A DNA stretch of 64,000 nucleotides from Paraspadella gotoi (lineage: Eukaryota; Animalia; Chaetognatha). The stretch covers positions 3,097,344 through 3,161,343 of the forward strand of contig CM119267.1 in the NCBI GenBank assembly GCA_051294375.1. The letters are read 5' to 3'. The notes beneath the pieces were generated by a model. It had not been told where the DNA came from. It did not search any database and was given only the letters and a program-made list of their open reading frames with translations. This document shows, piece by piece, positions 37,517 through 49,200 of this stretch (position 1 is its first letter; the number at the start of each line of letters is the position of its first letter). Made by a program: the position numbers and the translations under genes.

Positions 37517-37961
37517 GGAGAGAGAGAAGAGAGAATCCACACTTATCCATATCCGACATGTCGAAATCACTTGATAATAAGTCGACTTTAATTATTGCGT
37601 AAAGTATGTAGCATCGGTGGTTCAGTGGTAGATGCTCGCCTGCCACGCGGGCGGCCCGGGTTCGATTCCCGGCCGATGCATTTTTATAAAGTGCTTTAGG
37701 AGTCTAGTATGCTGAAATCCGTATGAATTTTAACTTTTGGCAAAATTTCAGCATTTTCGAAAGACTAAATAGGAAAATTTTAAGGTAAAAAAGAGAGACT
37801 TAAAATCTCTTTACTTTTTTGACTCACGCGCTTTTCACTCGTCTCACTGGCTCCAGTGAAATTTCTTAAGGAGCAAACAAATCTCTTTCTCTCTCTCTCT
37901 CTCTACTCATCTCTACATCTCAGGCCAGAGACATTTTCCTTCAGTTTTCTTTCTCTCTCGT

Positions 37962-37992
<31 letters not shown>

Positions 37993-37994
37993 TC

Positions 37995-38038
<44 letters not shown>

Positions 38039-38337
38039 GCCAAAGACATTTTTTCTCCCCGAATTTACTAAGAAATGGAAACCTCATTTCGTCCCTCCAT
38101 CCATCTTTCCATATTTTTTAATACCCATTTTTTTGAAATAAAAACCGATTTTCTCCCAAATTAGGACCCAGAGCGAAATGCGAGAAATGCATTAGCCTTG
38201 GAATGGGTCGGCAGAGAGAGAGAGAGGAGAGGAGGAGAGAGAGAGGAGAGAGAGACGAGAGAGAAGAAAGAAGAGAGAGAAGAGATGAGAAGGAGAGACG
38301 AGAGAGAGGCAGAGAGAGGAGAGAGAGGGAGGACGAG

Positions 38338-38378
<41 letters not shown>

Positions 38379-39173
38379 AAGAGAGAGAGAGAGAGAGAGA
38401 GTGCCTAATTTAAAGGAAGAAAGGACACTTGACTTTAAGATTAACGTCGCCAGTGGGATTTCTTCTCATGAGGATTCCAATGTGATATTCCTGTCAACGA
38501 CAATATATGCGATTTTATTCGAGCAAGGTTGATTCAGTACAATCATCATCAACAAACAAACATGTCAACGACAATGTCAACGACAATGACATCTCTTTGA
38601 ATTCACCTCTCAAATAATGTTTACAACTCAAGAGAGTTCACTTTTTTCCTTTCCCATTAACCAGAACCGCTTTAAAAAGAAAGACACATTCACGAATTCT
38701 TTTTTTTCTTCTCTTCCTCCTTAAAAATTGTGAAAATGTTCCATTTCATTCCATTCCATCTCTGTCTTTTTTTCCTTCACCGATTGAATGTAAAAGAGCA
38801 ATCAAGTTAAGGTTTCAAAGAATCAAAAGTGAACTTGTCAAACTCATTAACCCAATTAGTTCAATTTACAACATGAAAGTTGAGCGCGTGGGGATAGAAT
38901 CGGGAATCGCGGGGATAGAATCGGGGATCGCGGGGATAGAATCGGGGATCGCGGGGATCTCAAGGGACCTCGTCGCGAAGGGTCATTACCACGTCGAAAA
39001 TTGTCGTGATGCCATCGAAATTCGTCGTGATTCCATTATTTCCTTTTTTTCTTGCTTCTGTGATCTTTCTGTATTTTTTTTTCTCTCTCTTCATTTTTCT
39101 TGGTTCCATTTTTATTTTTTATTTTTCCGTTCCTTTTTTTTCTTTTTTCTTTTTTCTTTTTTCTTTTTTTTCA

Positions 39174-39204
<31 letters not shown>

Positions 39205-40124
39205 CCATCGTCAAAAATCCCCCTAAGAAAGTGAGAGAATCACAGTGAGAGAATCACTTTTTTTCCTCCAAAAGGCGATAAATTCATCTTTTCTTTTCCT
39301 CCATCGATTTTCTCCTTTTCTTTTTCTCATTCATATATTTATGTGAAATTGGTACAACCAATATAAAAATTATCCATTCATTTAATAAATAAGCTATCTT
39401 GCCCCTGACTTTGGACAGGCTTTGGAGGTTTAAAGCCTCCATCACTCTTACAAGATAAAGATATAGCAGATCCCTGCAAGCTTTCAATCAAGACTCTCTC
39501 ACAGTCTCGTTTATTCACTCCCACAGTACCTGACTTCCCTATCAATATATAATTATAATTTATATGTTGGTTTAAGGCGTTAAGGGTTAACCCTAAGTAA
39601 TCAGCAAAGTGTGTTGCGTCCACAAAAGTCCCTTTCAACTCATCTTCAGTCGAACTCCAGCATTCGCGTTTTCCAATTGCAAGCGTGATACGACATCCGT
39701 ACCTAATGTACTTAACCACGCGCCAGCGTAGGTTAACCTTGAAACAAATAGGATACACGAGTACAAACGGGACGAACACCTAAAGTGTTGTGTTTTTACC
39801 GGCGCCCTTCCAGTTTTTGCCCCCCCCCCTAAAAAAAACAAGGATAAAAAATGTAGAATGGGTGACGCCTCGCCTTGAGGGGAACGATGAGGCTAAACTC
39901 ACCTTTTATGAGCTGTTTAGTCGAACAATCACCAGGGGAAACAACAACTAAAGGAAGGAAAGCTTATTTTATATATAGTTTAAATTTAAAAACTGAACAT
40001 ATCGATCCGAGCTGGTAGAATTAAGAAATTTTTTTTTTGGGCTCTATATTCAAAAAGCGCCCTATTTTTGTTCCTTAATCAATGAACATAATTTTAACCC
40101 TAATCCTAATTCCTAGGAATTAGA

Positions 40125-40211
<87 letters not shown>

Positions 40212-43200
40212 TTCACCAGAAATTCACGAGTTTTTTAAAACGATTTCCTTTTGTTTTTCTCCCGATTCTTACGTTTTTTTTCATGACGCCTTCTTCTTTT
40301 GTTTTTGTTTTGTTTTTGTTTTTGTTGTTTTCGTAGATTCGACGATAACGACGACGACGACGACGACAACCCAGACAAGCGCCCTCACTGTCGTCTGTCA
40401 ACACGTTATAAAACGTCGTAAATGCGTTATTGTTTGTTTGTCGCGTTGACGTTCGTTAATTTTCGTCATCGTCGTCGTCGTCGTCGTCGTTTGCCCGCTC
40501 GCCCGTTTGCAGATGGACTTTTTCATTTCTTTTCGTTTGCTGCTTTTGTCTCTTGATCTATGGTCAGTCGGGGTTGCGAAGCCCTTTTCCCCCTTTTTTC
40601 TCCATTTTCCCCCATTTTTCTCCATTTTCCCCTTTTTTTCTCCATTTTTCAATTTTTTCTCTTTTTTTTCAGTTTTTATTTTTTCCTCCATTTTCTTCAT
40701 TTGCCCTTTATCCTTTTTTTTTCATTTTTTCCATTTTTTCCATTTTTCTTTTTGGTCCATTTTCCCATTTTTCTTTTTTTTTTTGCATCGGGGCCTAAAA
40801 ACTGTTTTCATTTTCCCGAAGTGGTCTTGAGGCCAAATCCTCCGCTCAGTTTTGCTGGACGCCGCAAAAAAAACAAAAAAAACAACAAAACCGTTAAACT
40901 GACGGAAATATGAATGGAAATTCCTGCGACAAAATTATGGGCCGTTTGAGCAAAAGTGGCAGAGATTCCTCATTTATGAGAAATAGTTGTAACTAGTTAT
41001 AACTAGTTTAACGCTAGTGTGAAAGAGTAAGCATTATGTCCCTCTAAGCTTCTAAACCCTAACTCATTCAAAAATGCATTCAGCACCCCAGCTGCCCCAG
41101 TTTCATTTTATTTTCATAATGAACTAAATTTCACATACTATTTGCTTTAGAGCAACTAAAAAATTGATTTTCGTCCGAAATGAAAAGGATTGAATGACCA
41201 ACGGGAGTTAGATGGCAATGATTTATTATTTTTCCACCCTTGATGAAACATAGTTTCGAATGACAACGCCGGTCCACCTCAGTTTTTCCCCTGAATTTAG
41301 GAGAAAAAAAAAATTCTGGGCGGAAAAAAAAATTCTAAAGCTTGATGAACCTTCAAATCTTTGTAAATTTTATCACGTTTTTAAAGAACTTTCTATCTGC
41401 TAGTTGAACCAGGTATGGCAACAGCCGGGTTGCCTGGGATGGGGCACCTCACTGTTGGCTTTGAGGCCTCCCCCTAAACCACGCCTCCTGTCAATGGCGC
41501 GCTTGCCCTAGGACTGTGGATGGAACGCAACGCCTGGGATGGTGCGTTTCCCCTCTGAGCCAATGAGATTGGTTGAACGATGGTGGATGTGATGCAGTGT
41601 GAATAAACCGCCACACATGATTCATTTCCAAATCCCAAGAATTCTCGATGATTGTTTTTTTTTTTGTTTTTATCGATTAAAACAGGAAAAGAACATATTA
41701 ACCAGTGACCGTTAATCAACTTTTCGCAACTACAAGGGTCATACAAACATTGACACTAATTCACGACGCAACTTATAAAAAAAAAAAAATCCAAGATGGA
41801 GGCTTTCCTTCAATCGACGACGATCCACGGAATCGGCCGCGTGGCGTCGCTCGGCGACGGACTGACGCGAAATCAAAATCGTATCCGGCGTCTGATTTGG
41901 TCGGGCGTCGTCGTTGTCTCTTTCTTCTTCATGTTGGGGCAAATCTACTTCGCCGTCGACGATTACGCTCAGGTTTCAAGATGACGTCGATCTATGGCAA
42001 CGGAGGGACATGTGTGATGCCTGGGGTGTGAGGCATCTCCCGACAGCTGGCGCTCAGGGCTTTGGACCTGCAGCGACCAACCCATGTCACTTGTGTTGAT
42101 GCCGACACCATCACACTTTAACCAGCGCGACCGTGAGGGGATTGAACCCGGAACTCACGGTTGGTGAACGAGTACTTAGCTGCCCAAGCCAATGGGACGA
42201 GCTGAGTTTTACCAAGCGATACGGGAGGCGAATTTAGGATTTGCCATAGATCCTCATTTTTAGATTTTAAGAAAGTTGAGGATTTGAAATGACCCGAGAG
42301 GAGAGAGGGTCGCCGTGTCTCTCTGTAGGTGATAGCCTCCCCCCATTTATAGAGTGCCCAGTGGGTCTGGGAGATTTTCCGGAACTTTCCGGAACTTTGG
42401 ATCCGGCTTGTTACCAATTGTTTATCCGGCCCGTCACTCATTAGCAAGGACCGTTCCGACCAGGGCGAGAACTGAGGATCAATGGGTTTGGAGATGAAGC
42501 CCAGTGCGCTATTACGGCGAGTTGAAAGGCCAGGTGACCTTAAGACACGAAAAAAGAGAGGTTATGGCAACAGTCAGATTGCGTGTGATGCCCATTGGGA
42601 TGGGGGATCTCACTGTTGGCTTTGGGGGCTTCCGACCCTCAGTGACGCCTTAAGTCACTTGTCACTGGCGCGGTTACCCTAGGACGGTCTCGCTTTGCCA
42701 ACGCAGAGGGAAGTCGTTAGGACTGTGGATGGAACACAACGCCTGAGATGGTGTGTTCCCCCTCTGAGCTAATGGATTTGGCTGAATGGTGCATGTGAGG
42801 CGGTGTGAATATACCGCCACAAGGTACAGCACAAATACTCATTGATATGTCTCCTTAAATACAATAATTGTGATTAATAATGATGATTATATCGATTATT
42901 TCCCCACCCCTTTCCTGCACTTAAAACTCAGCACCGAGTCGCGACGCAATTCAGCGAAGAATCTCTAGAATTTCTTCCGATGCCGAGCGTTCTCATCGAC
43001 CGTCAATCTTTCTACAGTCGCGACTTTTACCATAAGTTTCGATCCAATTGTTCGTCATTTGAGGAATTCGACATCCGGGAATTTTGTCGCGCGCACAAGA
43101 ATCGAACCTTGGACGGATTTTTGGATTACGACTCACTAATGCGCGAGGCTGGCTGGTCCATCGCCAACCGAGCTCGCTTGTCCGCTTCCGATATTTTGCG

Positions 43201-46200
43201 CGGACCTTACATGAAGACCAGCGAGTGGGAAGATCACTTCGTCCTTCAAAGCGAGGCTCCCATTCGAGGAAATTCGATTGAATTCCGCTTAAAAAGTTTT
43301 TCGTCAAAATGTTTAGATCCTAGGACGTGCGAGAGTGTGAAAGCGATCATTTTTCCCCCGGGAAGAGAGTTGAAGCAAGATTCTCTTTATAGCGGAACTC
43401 GCGTCACCTTGTTTCCTTGGGAAGCGGTGGACGTTTCTTACGGTCATTTTGTATCCAAGTTTCTTCTCAAAAACTGCACTCGAGATTGGCCGCCGGCGAG
43501 GCTAATTAAATTCGGAAAATATTCGCAAAAAAAATGTCTGACGTTTTTGCCTTTTGAATTATCGCCACTTGTAGGCGGAGTTAAAAAATCGAACGAAAGC
43601 TATTGTCCACCCGATTGTGAAACATCTGGACCTAGGGGCTTGGACGTCTCGTACCGATACATACCGATCCATGTTCGGCATTCAAGGATAGCCAACTTGA
43701 CGATCAGGTACAGAACTCGCAGTCATCGAAAGTACGTAGAGGTCCTCATGTGTTCCTTAGCACAATTGATCGGTACGATCGGCGGACATCTCGGACTTTT
43801 CTTGGGAGTCTCGGTCATCGGAATTTTGGAGATTGTGGAGTTGGGGGTGTTCATGATCAATTCGGTCGTCCAGTTGGCGATGAAGAGATGCATCACGTGT
43901 GGGATGTTGAGAAGCGGGAAAGTGATATCTCTGAATCCAACTTAAAAAAAGAAACTGTTTTAATCTGAAAATTGGATTTTAAAAACACTTTTTTCGTTAT
44001 GATAATTAGATGGCAGAAAACAGTTGCGAATCTCATTAAATGAGGTTACGGTTTCACAAAACATTTTTTAAGTATAATTGTTTATTTTAATTTTTTGATT
44101 GTGAATGAGATTGAAAATTTAATGTTTTTGAATTGTTTTGAAATTTAGCATTGTTTTTTTTTCAATTTTTAATGGTTTTTTTTTCATTTTTCTTAGCTTT
44201 TTAAACTAAGAAGTATCAATGATGGATCTTTATAGAAAGTTTATTGCTATTTATTACTTTATCACATTGTCTCTGTAATTTAAACTGTGCACATAAAAAA
44301 GGTAATGAGAATTCCAATAAGCTTTTTTTTTTAAATTTCTAGAAATATAGTTTATAAGGGTAGATTGAGAACCAAGAGCAAGATAATGTACACGGAAATT
44401 ATAATTTTAAAATTTGAAGACCCGCAAGGACAATTATAATATAAAATTAAAGACATAAAAAATCCAGTAAAAAAAAAAAAAAGAGAGAAACAAAAAGTTA
44501 TGTTACTATGAGTCTTCTATGTTCAACATCCATTCTTCACCCTTTTTTTTGCCAAATATCTAAATCTTTTCTCTCATTATTTTTAATGATCGCCGTCGTT
44601 TCCTCTCTTTCTCTCCTTTTTTACCCCCCTACCCCTGTTCCCCACCCATGTTCCCCACCCCTCTCCCATCGTATCGACCGTTCTCCGATGTCACTCTTGT
44701 TCATCAACTTTTTTTATGTTCAACACTTTTTTTTTAGTCGCGAGTAAACGCGACTCTATAACTCGCTTTTCTGTCTGTCAGTCATAGCGTTACAAAAACA
44801 AGCTAAAAATTAATAAAATTAATAAAAACCAAAGTCTAAGGGAAAAATATTTTTGCATCTAAATCAAGTACGTATATTTTTCGAGCTCGAACGACTAGGC
44901 AAAAAATAATAAATTATTAATTATTAGCTATTTCTAAAGAGAGGTCTCCACATTATATTATAGTCATAATTTATTATACGATTGAAACGTCTCTTCGCTA
45001 TTAAATGCTGTGGCTCCAGCTGTCACCTTTGCAGCAACATTTGCTACGGCCAATGCGAAGACCTTTGCTGCAACTTTTGCTACTTCTCATTTATTTTTGC
45101 GGCGAAGGACAGAAAGGCGATTGCTAATATTTAATCCGTCAAGTCACGTAGTCGGTGAGTCTCAAATAACCTTTACGCTCTTTTTTTTAATAAATAATAA
45201 AAGTTATGAGGACGTATAATAGACGTGAGACAAAGCGTGAATTGATTAATCACAATTCGATCGGTCAATTAAAATCTAATGCCTTCTGAATTAACCGCTT
45301 TGTACTATACCGTAATAAATTATACAAACTAAATAAAAAAAAAATTAAACCTATCGCCAAATGAAAATTATTATTCCCCGCTCGAATTTTATGATCCGAG
45401 GGAGAGAGGTAATTTTTACAATGGCTTATCGGACATTTAAAGTCCCCGTTTGACGGCCTATCACGGCGTATCACCCCGGAAGACCGAGCGATTACTCCAT
45501 CGATAAACTCGCGTCGCTCAGATGTTTTTCCCGTTCGCTCCTCGCGCCCTCTTTCCCCCATCCACGCCATCCTCGCTTGGCGCCAGGATCTCCATATAAA
45601 AATTCGCGGGGCGCCGTCGTTGCCATAACGACGAATGGTTTCCGGCGCCGCAAATGCAATCCCGTTTTTCCCGGCGCGGCCGTCGAATCGTTTTCATTTG
45701 GCAGCGCTCTCGCCCTCGCTCTCTCTCTCTCGCCCTCGCTCTCGCTCTCGCTCTCGCCCTCGCTCTCTCTCGCCCTCGCCCTCGCTCATCGTCGTGTTAT
45801 TCATGTTTGAAAGTTGATACTGAAGAGACAGTAATTATTGTTATGAGTTAGTGACAGAACCGTTCAATATAAGCAGTCCCTGAGCTTCGGATCAGGCTGT
45901 AACACCGTGTTACAGGCGCGTTAAGCGCCCCGTCCCTCTTAACTGCCAGACGACCACCGGGCTAACCACCGGGCTAGAACCCCGGACCTTTGGGTTGGGA
46001 GGCGAATGACTTGCCTCCGGCACCAATGGCCGCTGATGAACGGTTGGTGGATTTTAGTCCACCATAATACCAATCGTATTAATATCGTGACAACATAAGA
46101 GAGGTTTTTTTTGCTTGTGAATTACTTATCATTTATCAAAATCATTCAAAAATAATTATGATCATTGACATTGCTGTGAACTCCATTTGCTGTGAATTCC

Positions 46201-49200
46201 ATTTCATTCGTCGTCTTCACGGCGTCGATTCGATCGTTATAGTCGACCCGCAATCCAGGAAACGATTTCCGTTCGACTCGATCGTTAAGGTTTTATCAAA
46301 TCGCGAGGGGTTTAAAAAGATTTTAGATTAAAAAAAGATAAAAATATTAATAAAAGGTTAAAAAGAATTTTAAAAAATCATTTCTTAACTTCTTCTTAGC
46401 GCAAGTACTCTTTTTGAAATATGTAAATGAACGAATTTACTCTCAACTTTATAATAATTTTAATCGAGCGTTAAAAATAATAGTTAATTTTTTGTCTAAT
46501 TCTCAATTCATTTTTGAATTTTCTATCTCCTTTCCAGTCATAATCAACGATCATCTTTACGAACTGAAACTCATCGACGTTCCCCCTATACCGTTCTTCC
46601 CTCCTGACACTCTCGCCGGTAATTATAAACGATACATTATTAAACTATAAGTATGATTATTTAAATCGCTTATAACTCCTGACACTCTCGCCGGTAATTA
46701 TAAACGATACATTATTAAACTATAAGTATGATTATTTAAATCGCTTATAACTCCTGACACTCTCGCCGGTAATTATAAACGATACATTATTAAACTATAA
46801 GTATGATTATTTAAATCACTTATAACTCCTGACACTTTTGCTGGTAATTATAAACGATACATTATTAAACTATAAGTATGATNNNNNNNNNNNNNNNNNN
46901 NNNNNNNNNNNNNNNNNNNNNNNNNNNNNNNNNNNNNNNNNNNNNNNNNNNNNNNNNNNNNNNNNNNNNNNNNNNNNNNNNNNNNNNNNNNNNNNNNNNN
47001 NNNNNNNNNNNNNNNNNNNNNNNNNNNNNNNNNNNNNNNNNNNNNNNNNNNNNNNNNNNNNNNNNNNNNNNNNNNNNNNNNNNNNNNNNNNNNNNNNNNN
47101 NNNNNNNNNNNNNNNNNNNNNNNNNNNNNNNNNNNNNNNNNNNNNNNNNNNNNNNNNNNNNNNNNNNNNNNNNNNNNNNNNNNNNNNNNNNNNNNNNNNN
47201 NNNNNNNNNNNNNNNNNNNNNNNNNNNNNNNNNNNNNNNNNNNNNNNNNNNNNNNNNNNNNNNNNNNNNNNNNNNNNNNNNNNNNNNNNNNNNNNNNNNN
47301 NNNNNNNNNNNNNNNNNNNNNNNNNNNNNNNNNNNNNNNNNNNNNNNNNNNNNNNNNNNNNNNNNNNNNNNNNNNNNNNNNNNGGAGAGAAGATTTCCCT
47401 TTTGTATTCAAACTTTCGTGCGCTAAGAGTGGCGACCTTCGGTCGGGAGCTACTGAGAGCTCAGCACTAGGCTTCCACACTGACGACAGCGAGATACATG
47501 CGCGTAGCGGATGACGCGTAGTAGCGCGGGTGAACACTTCCAGTACACGGAAGCTGCGCTGAGCGAGAATCGAACAACGAGTCGAGGGAATCACTCCGCC
47601 GACAATTGCCACGGAACGTATCACTGTCAGGATGCGCGGGACAAATCCCAAACACGTGCACGTGAACGACCGCGTGCCGCCTGAAGAGAGCAGGAATTCC
47701 GAGGTGAGGAAAGGGGGAGAAAAAGGTAAGTGACCGGTCAAGGATTGGTCAGTGACCGGTCAGGGATGGAAGGGAGAGGAAAGTGACAAAAGGAATTCCG
47801 TAAGAAGACTAGAGGAAAAATGTGGAATTGACGTTAATTTACCAATTTCTCTTTCTTATTACTCCAATATAAAATCTGTATTGCCCTTACAGATATTGAC
47901 ATGGAAACTCTCTGTGACCCTTTAAAACGCTAATAAGTAATGAGCGTAACCCCTTGAGATCTGATCATGAACGCATGTTTGAGGAAATTTTATCTAATAA
48001 TCCATTAAAAATTAAATTAAAATGTATGTATCGACGTCAAAAAGAAAGAGTCCTCGAACTTTCCATTTCAAATCGGGAAAGTGCTAGCTTAAAAAAAGTC
48101 TCTATCGATTTCGGTTAAACTTAAACACTTAAAGCCAAGTCATGTTAGTGAACCGCGTTAGGTCAGAAGTTTTTTACGATAGGTTTTGTGATTTTAAAAT
48201 TTAATTAGAATTTCATTTTTTAAATCTTTTTTTTCAAACAACTTTATTGATTTGGTTTGAAAAGAAAAGAAAAATTAACACCGGATAAACAACAAATTTA
48301 ATTAAAAATTACAATTGAATACAAATAGTACTACAAATTACAAAATATTAATGATAGACGAGCTTAACATGATTAATTACAATGATCAAAGGCGAAGCAC
48401 ACTAGTCGTTGTAGCCACTGGTTTTCTCTCTTTTTTCTCGACAAAAGGCGTTCGTCTTTATGTCCTCATCTCGTGAAACTCAACGTTGTCGTGAACGTCG
48501 TCGTAAACGTCGTCGTAAAGCGGCGACCATGAGGAAATAATTGGGTAAACAAGTTTAGGAATGTCGCCGACAAATAGCGAATGTCCTAGAAGAATTTAAA
48601 ATGGCGCTGGCAAATGGTAAACGACGAATGGCGCCGGCAAATGGTAAACGACGAATGGCGCTGGCAAATGAGGAATGACTTTGAAGAATTGTGAATTGTA
48701 CTGGCAAATGGTAAACGACCTTAAAGAATTGTGAATGGCGCTGGCAAATGAGGAATGACCTTGATGAATTGTGAATAATATTGGCAAATGACCTTTTAGA
48801 GTAAAATTGCAATGGCAAATTCTAAATAATAGGCAAAATTTTACTTTCGCCGACTGGGGTTTTGTCGTCTTTTTTAAAAGTAATTAAAAATATTTATTTT
48901 AAAAAAATATATAAATAAAAATGATTATTTAATAGCCCTAACCCTAAACCCTTTTAACCTTAACTACACTTAACCCTAAACCACCCCTAAACCACCTTTA
49001 ACCCTAACCCTTAACCCCTAACCCCAAATAAACCTCTAATACTATAGNNNNNNNNNNGTATGATTATTTAAATTGCTTATAACTCCTGACACTCTCGCCA
49101 GTAATTATAAACGATATATTATTAAACTATAAGTATGATTATTTAAATCGCTTATAACTCCTGACACTCGCCGGTAATTATAAACGATACATTATTAAAC

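Noticed and set aside
42120-42200. HDV-like ribozyme suggested by GCCAATGGGAC
   Set aside because: No upstream P2 partner or nested pseudoknot found; better explained as the reverse complement of a SINE tRNA head.
46030-46065. Hammerhead core CTGATGA in the SINE C leader
   Set aside because: Followed by a hairpin but no GAAA or stem III in either copy.
48935-49025. Telomere or chromosome fusion site
   Set aside because: Short, degenerate CCCTAA runs similar to MITE interiors elsewhere; the (TTAGGG)2-3 at ~12225 is also too short.
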